Below, piece after piece: positions 20,346 through 31,682 of a stretch of 64,000 nucleotides of DNA. The stretch is from Gammaproteobacteria bacterium (GTDB taxonomy: Bacteria > Pseudomonadota > Gammaproteobacteria > Ga0077536). The position numbers were made by a program, and so were the translations under genes. The notes beneath the pieces are model-generated. The model had not been told where the DNA came from, did no database searches, and saw only the letters and a list, made by a program, of their open reading frames with translations. The stretch spans positions 256,001 to 320,000 of the forward strand of contig CAXXLL010000003.1 of the NCBI GenBank assembly GCA_963662545.2, read 5' to 3'. Numbering within the stretch: position 1 is the first letter of the stretch; every line of letters starts with the position of its first letter.

Positions 20346-22042
20346 GTGTCCGTCCATAAACAGGCATTTTCTTCGATGGGCACGGAGAAATCGAGGTGTT
20401 GAAAGTAGGTTGTTGGAGCGGTAGCGGCGGTTCGGTGGGGGTCGAAGGGCTCTTCGAGCGTAATTGTGAGTACGTTCGCCGGCCGCAGAGCGCTGCAACC
20501 CAAAGTCGCCCGTTCGACGATATCGAGGAGGTCAGTTAGTGCGAGTGAACGTCGCTATTCGAGTTGATAGCGCGCGAGCAGGCTGAGGTTGTAGGCGACC
20601 ACAGAAGACCACACGTAGGCTTCGAAGTGCGGCAGGCTCTTCCAGGTGCAACGTGCCAATCCGTATGCACGCTTCAGGCAGGAGATACCGGCCTCGATGC
20701 CGGCGCGGAAGTTGCGCAAGCGTCGATAGACCCACTGACTCTTGACCATGTCGGCGATCGCGAGCCCGCGCTTCTTGTGGAAGGCAACGTCTTCGATGCC
20801 TTCTGCTTTCGCCGCCCGGAGATTGTCGAGGCTCGCATAGCCGCCATCGGCGGCGACCTGTCGTGGCATCGTCCCGTAGTGTGTTCGATGCCGTTCGAGC
20901 ATCGGCATGAAGCGCTGACTATCGACCGGATTGCCTCGCTCGATGACCACGTCGAGGATGAGGCCACTGCGCCCCGAAGCCAGATTGATTTTGTGTCCGT
21001 ACTGAACGTCGCGCGCACCCTTTATGATGATGTCGGTATGCGGCTCGAACAAGCTCACGCACTTCTCGCTCGCGGGGACCTTCTCACCGCCGAACACCCG
21101 CCGCTCAGTTTGCGAAATCACCTGCAGAACAAGTGTTTCGTAGTGCGCTACCTGCGCTAGCCAGTCCGGCAGTTCAACGCCGGTGACGCCCGGGCTCAGC
21201 AGCTGCTCACGTACCCTCGCTACCGCTTCCAAGGTTGAACGCGTCGCCCCAATCAAATCGCGATACAGACGTTGGCGTTGCTTCGCACCACGCGCATACC
21301 ACAGCGCCCGCGCACGCTTCTTCGCCAATCGAGTGTGGTTCACGAAGCACAACTCCGGCGCGCCAGGCAACTCGCGCGCCTGTGCGAGCAGACGAACCAC
21401 AACACGCACGCCATCCCACAGCAGATGACTGTCGCTCGGCGCGTGGATGGCACTGTCCGTTACCGTGCTATCAATCCGTACACGCTGTGCCGGCTCAATG
21501 CGCGTCTCTTTCGCCGTCGCCAGCAGGGCGCGATGAATAGACTCCCACGTCGATACCTGGATCGCCGAGACCACCCGCTGTAAGGCAGACTTCTTCGGAC
21601 GTTCATTACCCGGCAACCGGGCGAAGGCCTGAAAGCTCGCCGAGTCCTGCAGGTGAAAGGCCAGCTCCTCGTAACTCAATTGCCGGTGCTGCTTGAGCAC
21701 CGCGCAGCGCAGCACCGACTCCGCCGACAGTCCGCGTCGACCGGTGGGCTTCAAACCCCGCCGACACAGATCGTTCATGACCGGCGTGAGGACCTTGGGG
21801 TGAGCATCGAGCCACTCGGACATGCCCTGCAGCTCTCGCCCCAGGTCATGGTCAGCAAACAGCTCGTATATACTCGCTTGGGCCGTGCGTTTCTGACGCA
21901 TTCCCCCTCCTGTGGTGTCGATGATTGTGTGGAAAATCAGAGGTTTGAAGTTCCATTAGATCACGACCCACCGGAGGTTTCGATCCCTTAAGCGACAAAT
22001 TTTCCTTTTTATTTCAACCGCATCGCGTTTAGGGATGCACAC
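20346..22042 (-). mobile_element. ISNCY/IS5-like element with intact transposase (20555-21901)
   Basis: IRs GTGTCCGTCCATAAA / TTTAGGGATGCACAC; TAGCTA duplicated at 20340-20345 and 22043-22048; RIDSTV, ADGGY, RAGIEAGIS. Confidence 0.9.
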
Positions 22043-22360
22043 TAGCTAGTCTGCTTGGCGCCTCAGCGCAAAGGTAGCCTACCCCCGAATCGGATAAACC
22101 GAGCTACGCTCCTCGACCCCAAGGGCCGCGGCGGCGGTACATCGTCCCGCCGCTGTTGACACGAGACCGGTGGGAACGAAAATGAGACAGACATCCTCCG
22201 TTATAAAAACCTCTCAGAGTGTCCAATGGACGCTGGCGTCGGACAGGCCGAGGCAACAGGGCCGCTTCACCACGGGTGAACTTCACCGTCCGAGTCGATG
22301 CAGCGTGAACGGCAAACGCGGACGCCAGTCGTGTGCGTGCACCAATGGCAATCGGGTGCC

Positions 22361-23371
22361 TCAGCCTTGCGTCGAATCTTCCAGTTCTTTTTCCAAGAAG
22401 GTGGCTGGAGCCCATCCCGACAAACATGGGGTATACAACTTGTCTAGTCCGAGTGCGTCGCGAATTCGCTTGGGGGTACCTTGTGTAGGCAACCGGTCTG
22501 CCTCGTAATTGGGGCCCCATTTGGGCATACCCACAGTCGGCCAATGGTCACCGTCTCGCTTCATGAGCCATAGCCACCAAAGCTCGGTCTCGGTGTCCAT
22601 CAGGTAAATCTCGTCCGGCACATCCTCGCGGCCCGCCAACAACATGGGCAGCTGTCTACCAATGTGTTCGAAGTTCGTGTGGCCGAGGCCACGGCTCTCG
22701 AGCACCAGTACGGTCCTCGCCCCCTCTGCCCTGCAACGGTCCAGCTTGGGACATTTTTCGGAAAACGCGCGCCTGAGCCTTTCCGCTCGAAGAGGCTCCA
22801 GATCGTCGGGGTAGTTGAACCTGAATCGAAGATCGCCCGGTTTTCGTCGTATCAGGATCGCATTCGGCCAGCGGAGCAGTGCGAATGTACAATCGAACCC
22901 ATCGGGAGTTCCCTGGATACAGTCGTCGGAGAAGCGAGGATTGTGCGCCAGCAAAAACCGACCCAGGGTCCTCTCACGCAAGCATCGCTCGGTCGCGCGA
23001 ACCCATTCGACGAGATTATTCAGGGCTCGGTTGCGCGTAGCCTTCCCGTTAGGCAGAGAGACGTCGCTCTCAAGTTGCAACTCGTAGTACGCTGAGCTTG
23101 GAAATGGATTCGGGATATCGCTCTTCACGTAGCGACTGATTTTCCTGAACGCGACGAGCGCCTTGATTTCGTTCTCGAACGGCTCGATCCGCGTGTGCTC
23201 GATGGCATAGTCCTGCGTGCCCAGCTTCAGGCGACAATCCACGGGTGGACCGTCGCCGTCCCTTTCAGGATGGCGGAGGTCCCTACGTGTGGCGCCCGTC
23301 CATTTCTCAAGGGACTTGACGACGGCGTCGCAGGCCTTGCCTTCGTTGTCCGGGATCAGCATGAGCATCAA
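22361..23371 (-). CDS. Hypothetical protein, possible PD-(D/E)xK-like nuclease
   Basis: PPVD.....YAIEHT motif; 336 aa. Confidence 0.5.
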   Translation of the reverse strand: MMLMLIPDNEGKACDAVVKSLEKWTGATRRDLRHPERDGDGPPVDCRLKLGTQDYAIEHTRIEPFENEIKALVAFRKISRYVKSDIPNPFPSSAYYELQLESDVSLPNGKATRNRALNNLVEWVRATERCLRERTLGRFLLAHNPRFSDDCIQGTPDGFDCTFALLRWPNAILIRRKPGDLRFRFNYPDDLEPLRAERLRRAFSEKCPKLDRCRAEGARTVLVLESRGLGHTNFEHIGRQLPMLLAGREDVPDEIYLMDTETELWWLWLMKRDGDHWPTVGMPKWGPNYEADRLPTQGTPKRIRDALGLDKLYTPCLSGWAPATFLEKELEDSTQG

Positions 23372-23808
23372 GCTCCTTGTCGTTTATTGCTTGGGTGCAT
23401 CGAAACAGATCCAAATCTCACCATCCAAAGCCGCTGCTTGAACTGTCAAAAGCAAGCGACTTGACATTAACCAAAGTTCGCCAGATCGTCCATTGAACCA
23501 GCAAGTCAACTGGCCCAAATAGCTTGATGACGGTCGGTATGGACTTCTAGTCAGGTGTAACGCGAACCACCGTCGATAATAATAGCCCCCAGGTGATCAG
23601 CGCGTTTGCTTTCTCCGAGATGCCGGCGTTCTCGCGATCGTCGATGACGGCCCTAGGATGGGACAGCCCCCGCCAGACCTTTAAGCAAGCCGTGAACTCG
23701 ACCACCGCCCTCGCCGATGGTGACCCGGAATAGCACGCGCTCGGCTGGTCCCAGAGCACACCGTCTCCGTTGCCATAGCGCAAAAGGGATAGGCGGGATG
23801 GCCCCACG

Positions 23809-24290
23809 TGACTGGAGTTGCCCCGTTTCCGTGGACGGTATAGCGCTTGGGTTTCAAGCAGCCTGTTGATAATTATTTTCATAGTTTAGCGGTGATTGCT
23901 GACCGAGGGATGAGTGACGACGGTGCGGGTTGTACCAGCCTTCGATGAACTCGAAGATCGCCATCTTCGCTTCGGCCTGCGTCTTGAAACTGTGGCGGTC
24001 GATGAGTTCGCATTCGAGCGTCGCGAAGAAGCTCTCGGCCATCGCGTTATCGTAGCAATCGCCGACCGATCCCATCGACGGTCGCACACCCATTAACTGG
24101 CAGCGCTTGCCGAAGGCGAACGAAGTGTACTGACAGCCCTGGACTGTGATGGATCACATTCTTCGGTCGACGCTGCCATAGCGCCATATTAAGCGCATCG
24201 AGCACGAGCTCAGTGCGCAGATGCGTCGCCATCGACCAACCGGCCACGCGCCGGCTGAAGGCATCCACGCCACCGCAAAATAGACGAATT
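23809..24290 (-). mobile_element. IS3-family remnant (integrase core C-terminus plus right end)
   Basis: DAFSRRVAGWSM...SMGSVGDCYDNAMAESFFATLECE...WYNPHRRHSSLG. Confidence 0.85.
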
Positions 24291-24592
24291 CCGCCCAAAT
24301 CAGCACCTAGGTGGCGTCGGCGACCCGCAGCTGATCCGGACATGGCGACACGAACCGACGCTCGACGGAATTCGGTGCCGGTCGGCCGGCACGACTGGCT
24401 AGCGCTCGGGGACATCGAGAACACAAGGGTCAGTGTCGACGTCGCTTCGGCATGATGGCCGGACACACCTATATCTGGTAGGACGAGGCTTTTGAGCGGC
24501 CAAGGTTCCACGCCGAACAAAAGGTAGCACCGTTCATCATAAGTGCGGATTGTCTCCAGAATGCTTTCAACGTCCCACTCGTTCTCGATCAC

Positions 24593-24628
24593 ATGGTGGT
24601 AATGAATGTGGGATCGAAAAGGGGTTTC
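24593..24628 (+). promoter_or_regulatory. Putative integrase arm-type sites at right end
   Basis: Three degenerate 12-bp-period repeats including TGTGGGATCGAA. Confidence 0.55.
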
Positions 24629-24669
24629 TCAATTAAATACGATAAAAATTAATCATTTATGGATACTTA

Positions 24670-24711
24670 TTAGCGGACCGGCCTGTCCTGCCACAGAGAG
24701 CGATCGCCCAC
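24670..24711 (-). pseudogene. rfbG: 5' stub of rfbG (MGDRSLWQDRPVR*)
   Basis: GTG 17 bp after the rfbF stop; WQDRPV is the typical lead-in to VLVTG. Confidence 0.75.
24675..24688 (+). other. att core, right junction (GGACCGGCCTGTCC)
   Basis: Direct repeat of 768-780. Confidence 0.8.
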
Positions 24712-24728
24712 TGCGGAGAGAACGCGGT

Positions 24729-25499
24729 TCAGGTCCAGAGCCGCCATGGCGGTGCGCCGCTTTCCCACAGCCTCTCCAGTAGGTTCTTGTCCCTGAGGGT
24801 ATCCATGCATTGCCAGAAATGTTCGTGCCGGTAGCCAGCGAGCTCGCCGCGCGCCGCCAACTTCTCCAACAGATCGACTTCCAGCACGTCGGTGTCGCCC
24901 TGGAGGTCGTCGAACACGCCCGGCTCGAGCACCATGAATCCGCCGTTGATCCAGCCTTCGCCAATCTGCGGCTTCTCGGTGAATTCGGAGATCATCGCGT
25001 CCTTGAACACCAGCCCACCGAATCGCGCCGGCGGCCGCACCGCCGTGACCGTGGCCTTCTTGCCCTGCGCAGCGTGAAACTCGACCAGCGTCCGGATATC
25101 GATGTTACTGACACCGTCGCCATAGGTCAGCATGAACCTGCTGTCCCGGAGCAGCGGCTCCAGCCGCTTGAGGCGCCCGCCGGTAAGCGTGTCAATCCCT
25201 GTCTCAATCAAGTGAACGACCCAGTCTTCCTTCTGGTGCGCCACGACGCGAAACTCGCCTTTCCGGAAGTCCAGTGTCACGTCCCCCGAAAGATTGTTGT
25301 AATCGTAGAAGTAACGCTTGACCGCGTGGCCTTTGTAACCCAGCGCAATGACGAACTCCGTGTATCCGAACGAGGCATAGTGCTTCATGATGTGCCACAA
25401 AATCGGGTAACCGCCGATCTCGATCATCGGCTTCGGAAGCACGTCGGTCTCTTCACTCAGGCGCGTCCCATAACCGCCCGCTAGAATTACAACCTTCAC
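24729..25499 (-). CDS. rfbF: Glucose-1-phosphate cytidylyltransferase
   Basis: ILAGGYGTRLSEET..PKPM, TGGRLKR, LTYGDG, WINGGF, FWQCMDTLRD. Confidence 0.95.
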   Translation of the reverse strand: MKVVILAGGYGTRLSEETDVLPKPMIEIGGYPILWHIMKHYASFGYTEFVIALGYKGHAVKRYFYDYNNLSGDVTLDFRKGEFRVVAHQKEDWVVHLIETGIDTLTGGRLKRLEPLLRDSRFMLTYGDGVSNIDIRTLVEFHAAQGKKATVTAVRPPARFGGLVFKDAMISEFTEKPQIGEGWINGGFMVLEPGVFDDLQGDTDVLEVDLLEKLAARGELAGYRHEHFWQCMDTLRDKNLLERLWESGAPPWRLWT

Positions 25500-25687
25500 G
25501 TATTCAATTCCCGTTGAGATCCCGAGGGGTATAGCTTGCCGCCGGACTTGTTGATATCACCTCGCCGCTGCGGAGGCCACCGGACGGCGGCCGCCCTCGG
25601 GCCTGCGTGGCGCAGAAGAAGCGCGTTATTATACACTCGAGCGAGCTCTGTCAGGGCAGTGATACCACTTTCGCGCAACATTACACG

Positions 25688-26221
25688 ATGATCTTTTCGC
25701 CACAGTCTCTCGACGGCGTGTTCCTCATTGAGATCGAGAAACTGGCCGACGACCGCGGATTCTTTGCGCGCACATTCGATTTCGAGGATTTTAAGGCACA
25801 TGGCCTCGAATCCCGTTTTCCACAACTTAGCATCTCCCACAACGCTCGGCGTGGAACGCTCCGTGGATTGCATTTTCAAAGCGCGCCGTGTGAAGAAAAC
25901 AAGATTGTACGCTGCACCCGCGGGGCCATTTTCGACGTCGTGGTGGACCTGCGCGTAGATTCTCCCAGTTGCGGACTGTGGCTCTCATTTGAACTTTCCG
26001 ATGAAAACAGCCGCCAAGTGTATATTCCTAAAGGCTGTGCGCATGGTTTTCAGACTCTGACCGACAACTGCGACGTGCAGTACCAGATTTCAGCGCCCTA
26101 CAGCCCCGAACACGCAGACGGTATCCGATGGGACGATGCCGTCATCGGCATCGACTGGCCTCCGGCAAAGCACCGCATCATCTCGGCGCGCGATCTCGCT
26201 CTGCCTGCTTTCCGCGGCTGA
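25688..26221 (+). CDS. rfbC: dTDP-4-dehydrorhamnose 3,5-epimerase family
   Basis: DDRGFF, GTLRGLHFQ, DVVVDLR, IPKGCAHGFQTL. Confidence 0.92.
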   Translation: MIFSPQSLDGVFLIEIEKLADDRGFFARTFDFEDFKAHGLESRFPQLSISHNARRGTLRGLHFQSAPCEENKIVRCTRGAIFDVVVDLRVDSPSCGLWLSFELSDENSRQVYIPKGCAHGFQTLTDNCDVQYQISAPYSPEHADGIRWDDAVIGIDWPPAKHRIISARDLALPAFRG

Positions 26222-26260
26222 CGGCGGATTCGGAAACGCCAACGTAGGTCGCCCGGTTTC

Positions 26261-26529
26261 GTGTTGACACTCATCGTTCCGACCTCCAACTGTCCGCTCC
26301 TGCTGCAGCGCCTATTGCGTTACATCGAAAAGGCGCGCGTCATTTCCCGTTCTCCTTTTTCAATCCGCGTGTGCGCGCGGATACACCAACCTCGGCTCTG
26401 CAGCGGCGGCAGCAACGCTACGAGCTGCTTCTCGGTGCCGCCGATTTCCGGCGAGCCGATGATGAAAACCGCATGCCAGCGGTGATGCAAACCCACACGC
26501 CACACACTTCGGCGCCGCACGCCCTTCAT
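26261..26529. pseudogene. Two converging glycosyltransferase N-terminal stubs (GT2-like on +, GT4-like on -)
   Basis: +: MLTLIVPTSNCPLLLQRLLRY; -: AVFIIGSPEIGGTEKQLVALL...RGW. Confidence 0.55.
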
Positions 26530-27638
26530 GCCGCATATATCGCAGCCAGGGTCGCCTCGATGATTTCGTCCTGCTGCGCGGCCTCGAGAAAGGGGTGCAT
26601 GGGTAAGCTGAACACGCGCTCCGCGGCGCGTTCGGCGACTGGGAAACTGCCTCGACCGACACCGAGATTCATGCTTTCGAATACAGGTTGCAGGTGGAGT
26701 GGTACAGGGTAGTGAACGGCCGTCGGTACGCCCGCAGACTTTAGTTTTTCGACGACCACATCGCGTGCGTCGACCTGTACGGTGTATTGGGCGTAAACAC
26801 TCGTGTTGCGCGGTTCGACATAGGGCGTCGTCAGCTTGTCGCGCGAAGTTTCAAAGCGCTCGGTGTAACGGGCCCCGATCACCGCCCGGGCAGATAATTC
26901 GGCTTCGTAACAGTCGAATTTGGCGAGAAGAATCGCCGCCTGGAGGGTATCCATCCGCCCGTTGAAACCGATCTTAGGGTGGTGATAACGCCGGTCCTGT
27001 CCGTGAACGCGGATCTCGCGCATGCGCTGGGCTAGATCGGCGTCTTGCGTGAAGCACGCGCCGCCATCCCCATAGCAGCCTAGCGGTTTCGATGGATAAA
27101 AGCTGGTACAGCCAATCGTCGATAATCCGCAGGACCGCCGGCCCTTGTAAGTGGCGCCGAAACTCTGCGCCGCATCCTCGATGACGGCCAGTCCGCGTTT
27201 TGATGCAAGCGCGTTGATCTCGTCCATGGCCGCGCATTGCCCGTACAGATTCACCGGCATGATGGCCTTCGTGTTCGGCGTTATCTTTGCCTCCAGCAGG
27301 GACGGATCGATGTTGTAGGTACGCGCATCGATGTCGGCGAACACCGGCGTGGCGCCGATCAAGGCGATCATCTCCGCCGTGGCGATGAACGTAAACGGCG
27401 TCGTGATGACTTCATCCCCCCGCCCGATTCCCAGCGCCATCATCGCGATCATCAGCGCGTCTGTACCGCTCGCCACCGCGATGCCGTGCTCGACGCCGGC
27501 GAAATTTGCAAGCCTTGATTCGAGGTCCGCGATTTCCGGACCCATGATGAAACGGCCGTGCGCGAGTACACCGGCGATGCGCCCGTCGATCGCAGCCTTG
27601 TTTAGAAGGTATTGCTTTTTCAGATCGACGAATTGCAT
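26526..27638 (-). CDS. DegT/DnrJ/EryC1/StrS sugar aminotransferase (WbpE-like)
   Basis: SGTDAL, IEDAAQSFG, SFYPSKPLGCYGDGG. Confidence 0.93.
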   Translation of the reverse strand: MQFVDLKKQYLLNKAAIDGRIAGVLAHGRFIMGPEIADLESRLANFAGVEHGIAVASGTDALMIAMMALGIGRGDEVITTPFTFIATAEMIALIGATPVFADIDARTYNIDPSLLEAKITPNTKAIMPVNLYGQCAAMDEINALASKRGLAVIEDAAQSFGATYKGRRSCGLSTIGCTSFYPSKPLGCYGDGGACFTQDADLAQRMREIRVHGQDRRYHHPKIGFNGRMDTLQAAILLAKFDCYEAELSARAVIGARYTERFETSRDKLTTPYVEPRNTSVYAQYTVQVDARDVVVEKLKSAGVPTAVHYPVPLHLQPVFESMNLGVGRGSFPVAERAAERVFSLPMHPFLEAAQQDEIIEATLAAIYAA

Positions 27639-27696
27639 AGGTGCTGCGAATCAATCACTTTCAGAAAGGCGGCAGAAACCGTCTTTGAGTACATAA

Positions 27697-27858
27697 GGAA
27701 CCTCTGAATAAGTCATGGTGCATCTGAATGGTTCATGCAATGGTGCAGGTCAAGGCACGAATCGCCGGCCATAGCGGGGACTATGGGCAAGGTTCGTCGG
27801 TTAAGGCTCCGCGATTTCATGGACAAGGCAGATGGGCCATGACTTTTTCAGAGGTTCC
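27697..27858 (+). mobile_element. MITE family A (162 bp)
   Basis: TIR GGAACCTCTGAATAAGTCATG; ATAA flanking duplication. Confidence 0.85.
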
Positions 27859-27950
27859 ATAAGCCTCACCGGTGTCGGGACAGCGATGAGCCGCCGTTTC
27901 GCGCCAGGACCGCGCGGTTAAATTCGGGTCGATATTGGTCCCTGGAAAGT

Positions 27951-29255
27951 TCAACGCCCCACGCAGTGATATTTAAATCCGTGCGACTCGACCGTCGAGC
28001 GTTCGTAGACATTTCGCAGATCGACGAACACGTCGCCCGACATCAAACGCTTCACCCGTGCAAGATCCAGACCACGGTAAGCATTCCATTCGGTCAGGAG
28101 GATGACTGCGTCCGCGCCCTCACAGACGCCATAGGTGTCGTCGCAGTAATGGACTTGTTCCGGCAGCAGGTTCTTGGCTTCATGCATCCCTTGTGGATCG
28201 TGGGCGCGGACCACCGCACCCTTTTCAATCAAAGGCGGCAGAATGGACAGCGCCGGCGCATCGCGCATATCGTCCGTTTCCGGCTTGAAGGTCAGTCCGA
28301 ACACGCCCAGGATCTTCCCCGTTTCCGAATCGCCGAGCGCAGTGCGGATCTTCTTTATCATGCGTGCTTTCTGCGCGGCGTTGACCTCGATCACCGACTC
28401 CACGATGCGGCTGCCGACCCCATGTTCCTGCGCGATTCGCACCAGGGCTTGGGTATCCTTGGGGAAACAGGAACCGCCATAGCCTGGACCCGGATGCAAA
28501 AACTTCGAACCGATGCGTCCGTCCATCCCCATGCCCTTGGCGACGGCGTGAACGTCGGCGCCGACCGATTCACACAAAGTGGAAATCTCATTGATGAAGC
28601 TGATCTTGGTAGCAAGGAAGGCGTTGGCCGCATATTTAATGAGTTCTGCGCTCTCTAGATCGGTAATCAAAATTGGCGTTTCGCGCAGATTTAACGGCCG
28701 GTAGAGTTCGCGTAACCGCTGTTCGGCGCGCTCCGTCTCGACGCCGATCACGACGCGGTCGGGTCGCATGAAATCCGCGATCGCTGCGCCTTCGCGCAGA
28801 AATTCCGGATTCGAGGCCACGTCGAAATTGGCGTCCGGATTGGCTTCGCGCACGATGCGCGCCACGTTACGCGCCGTGCCTACGGGTACGGTCGACTTGT
28901 CCACGATGACGGTATAGCCGTTGAGATGTGCGGCGATCTGTTTCGCGGCTTCGTAGACGAAGCTGAGATCGGCGAATCCCTCGCCGCGCCGGCTCGGCGT
29001 TCCAACCGCAATGAATACCAGATCCGCGGCCGCAACAGCGTCACCCAGGTCGGTCGTGAACCTGAGGCGCCCGCCGCTCACATTGGTTCTGACGAGGTTT
29101 TCCAGGCCGGGCTCGTAGATCGGTAGGGTGCCCCCGTTCAATTGTTGAATCTTAGCCTCATCGACGTCGACGCAAGTGACATTGACGCCGAATTCGGCGA
29201 AGCAGGTCCCGGAAACGAGTCCGACGTAACCGGTACCGATCATCACCACGTTCAT
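27951..29255 (-). CDS. ugd: UDP-glucose 6-dehydrogenase
   Basis: GTGYVG, SNPEFLREG, GYGGSCFPKD. Confidence 0.95.
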   Translation of the reverse strand: MNVVMIGTGYVGLVSGTCFAEFGVNVTCVDVDEAKIQQLNGGTLPIYEPGLENLVRTNVSGGRLRFTTDLGDAVAAADLVFIAVGTPSRRGEGFADLSFVYEAAKQIAAHLNGYTVIVDKSTVPVGTARNVARIVREANPDANFDVASNPEFLREGAAIADFMRPDRVVIGVETERAEQRLRELYRPLNLRETPILITDLESAELIKYAANAFLATKISFINEISTLCESVGADVHAVAKGMGMDGRIGSKFLHPGPGYGGSCFPKDTQALVRIAQEHGVGSRIVESVIEVNAAQKARMIKKIRTALGDSETGKILGVFGLTFKPETDDMRDAPALSILPPLIEKGAVVRAHDPQGMHEAKNLLPEQVHYCDDTYGVCEGADAVILLTEWNAYRGLDLARVKRLMSGDVFVDLRNVYERSTVESHGFKYHCVGR

Positions 29256-29259
29256 CGGA

Positions 29260-30548
29260 TCATAATCTCCAAAGCGAAACCCCCGTTGGAATCCGGTCGC
29301 GATCGAGCTTACCCTTGACGTCGATCACCGCGCCTTTGCCCCCCTCCAGGAAACGTGACATGCCTTCCCAGCCGGAGGCCAGGTAGTGGCGGTGCGGCAC
29401 GGCGAAAATCACTACCTGCGCCGGCTCGAGATCGGCTTCAGACGTGAGCTCGACACCGTACTCCTCGCGCGCTTGTACATCACTGGCATAGGGATCGTGG
29501 ATCTGGACACCGATGCCGTAGGCTGTCAATTCTTCGACGATGTCGATGACCCGGGTGTTGCGCAAATCCGGGACGTCTTCCTTGAAGGTGAACCCCAGGA
29601 CGGTCACCACGCTGCCCTTTACGACGCCGCCGCCCGCGATGAGCTGCCGGATCGCCTGCTGTGCGACGTAGCGCCCCATATCGTCGTTGATGCTGCGGCC
29701 GGCCAGAATGACCTGCGGAATGTACCCCAGAATCGCGGCCTTGTGCGTAAGGTAATACGGGTCGACGCCGATGCAATGCCCGCCGACCAGACCCGGTTCG
29801 AATTTTAAAAAGTTCCACTTGGTGCCGGCCGCAGCAAGGACGTCGCGGGTATCGATATCCATGCGATTAAAGATCAGGGCGAGTTCGTTCATCAAGGAAA
29901 TATTGAGATCGCGCTGGGTGTTTTCGATGACTTTTGCGGCTTCGGCGACCTTGATCGACGACGCCCGGTGGACCCCGGCGGTCACGACGCTTTCGTAGAC
30001 TTTTGCCACGATCTCAAGAATTTCGGCGTTTTGTCCCGCTACGACTTTCGTGATCTTCGTGAAGGTATGCTCCCTGTCACCGGGATTGATGCGCTCGGGG
30101 GAATAGCCGACGTAAAAATCCCTGCCGCAAGTCAGGCCCGAGACGCGTTCCAGTACGGGTACGCAGTCCTCTTCCGTCGCACCCGGATAAACGGTCGACT
30201 CGTAGACGATGATGTCGCCCTTCTTGATATGCGCGCCGATGGTTTCGGAGGCTTTGAGGATCGGTGTCAGATCGGGCCGCTTGGCGTGGTCGATCGGCGT
30301 CGGCACCGCCACGATGTGGAAGTCGGCCCGCCCGATGTCCGCGGGGTCGGAGTAAACTTGATATCCGCGGCCGCGAGTTCGTGCTGTTCGACTTCCAGTG
30401 TACTGTCGTGGCCACCGACGAGCTCCTTGATCCGCGACGAGTTAATGTCGAATCCTATGGTTGGCGCCTGGCGGCCGAAAGCGACGGCTACGGGTAACCC
30501 GACGTAGCCGAGGCCGATCACGGAGATCGTTCGCTTATGCGAGCTCAT
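29260..30548 (-). pseudogene. UDP-N-acetylhexosamine 6-dehydrogenase (WbpO/TviB-like), 1-bp frameshift near 30351
   Basis: GLGYVGLP in one frame; VPTP, YESTVYPG, SPERINPGD, GGHCIGVDPYY in another. Confidence 0.85.
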
Positions 30549-31558
30549 GAGATTTTGTAATATTCCTTGTACCAGGAAACGAATTTCTCGATGCCGATTT
30601 CGATCGGCGTTGCGGGACGGTAACCGACGTTCTCGACCAGCGCGTCGACCTCCGCGTAGGTATCGGGAACATCCCCCGGCTGCAGCGGCAACATGTTCTT
30701 CTTCGCTTCCAAGCCCAAGCAGGCTTCGAGGGCGCCGATGAAATCCATCAATTCCACGGGCGCATTATTGCCGATGTTGTAGAGCCGGTACGGAGCCCGA
30801 CCGGTGCCGGGATCCGGCCGATCGCTGTCCCACTCGGGATTTGGCTTGGCGATCGTGTCGACGCAGCTGATCACCCCGCCCACGATGTCGTCGATGTAGG
30901 TGAAATCGCGGCGGTGGTTGCCGTAATTGAAGACGTCGATGGGTTCACCGGCCAGGATTTTTTTCGTAAACATGAACAGCGACATGTCCGGCCGGCCCCA
31001 TGGTCCGTAGACGGTGAAAAACCGGAGCCCTGTCGTCGGCAGCCCGTACAGATGACTGTAGGTATGCGCCATCAACTCGTTCGCTTTTTTGGTGGCCGCG
31101 TAGAGCGATACGGGATGATCGACGTTGTCGTGGACCGAGAACGGCATGTGCGTGTTCGCACCGTATACCGAACTCGAAGAAGCGTAGACCAGGTGTTCTA
31201 CGTCGTTATGCCGGCATCCCTCGAGAATGTTGATCGTGCCGACGACATTGGCATCGATATAGGCGTAAGGATTTTCCAGCGAATAGCGCACGCCGGCCTG
31301 CGCCGCCAGATGGATCACCCGCTGCGCGCCCGCTGATGCGAACAGGTCAGCCATCGCGCTTCGATCCTCGATGTCGAGCTTGCGGAATTCGAATCCGTCA
31401 CGGCCTTCCAACAAAGCGAGGCGCGCCTTCTTCAGGGAGACATCGTAATAATCGTTGAGATTGTCGACGCCGACGATTTCGTCGCCGCGTTCGAGCAGCA
31501 GGTCGCACAAACGGGCGCCGATGAAACCGGCCGCGCCCGTAACCAATATCTTCATCAT
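30545..31558 (-). CDS. NAD-dependent epimerase (UDP-glucuronate 4-epimerase-like)
   Basis: [38 protein letters not shown]. Confidence 0.93.
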   Translation of the reverse strand: MMKILVTGAAGFIGARLCDLLLERGDEIVGVDNLNDYYDVSLKKARLALLEGRDGFEFRKLDIEDRSAMADLFASAGAQRVIHLAAQAGVRYSLENPYAYIDANVVGTINILEGCRHNDVEHLVYASSSSVYGANTHMPFSVHDNVDHPVSLYAATKKANELMAHTYSHLYGLPTTGLRFFTVYGPWGRPDMSLFMFTKKILAGEPIDVFNYGNHRRDFTYIDDIVGGVISCVDTIAKPNPEWDSDRPDPGTGRAPYRLYNIGNNAPVELMDFIGALEACLGLEAKKNMLPLQPGDVPDTYAEVDALVENVGYRPATPIEIGIEKFVSWYKEYYKIS

Positions 31559-31682
31559 GGGAAAAGCTGTTCTAAGGTGCGCGTATTCTACCTGTATATC
31601 GGTGCTAATTGTCGCGGCTTTAGCGCCCGTTTTACGACGAATCTGTTAACATGCGTGTCAGTATTGCGCCCGGAGAAAACCC

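Larger units (their letters stand above)
768..24688. mobile_element. Integrative element / phage-satellite-like genomic island inserted in rfbG
   Basis: Core repeat GGAC-GGCCTGTCC (768-780) and GGACCGGCCTGTCC (24675-24688). Removing the interval rejoins WQDRPV|LVTGASG. Integrase sits at the left end. Confidence 0.88.

Noticed and set aside
24047-24592. 181-aa ORF near the right end of the island
   Set aside because: Chimera of an unidentified fragment and an IS3 integrase remnant; not a credible intact gene.
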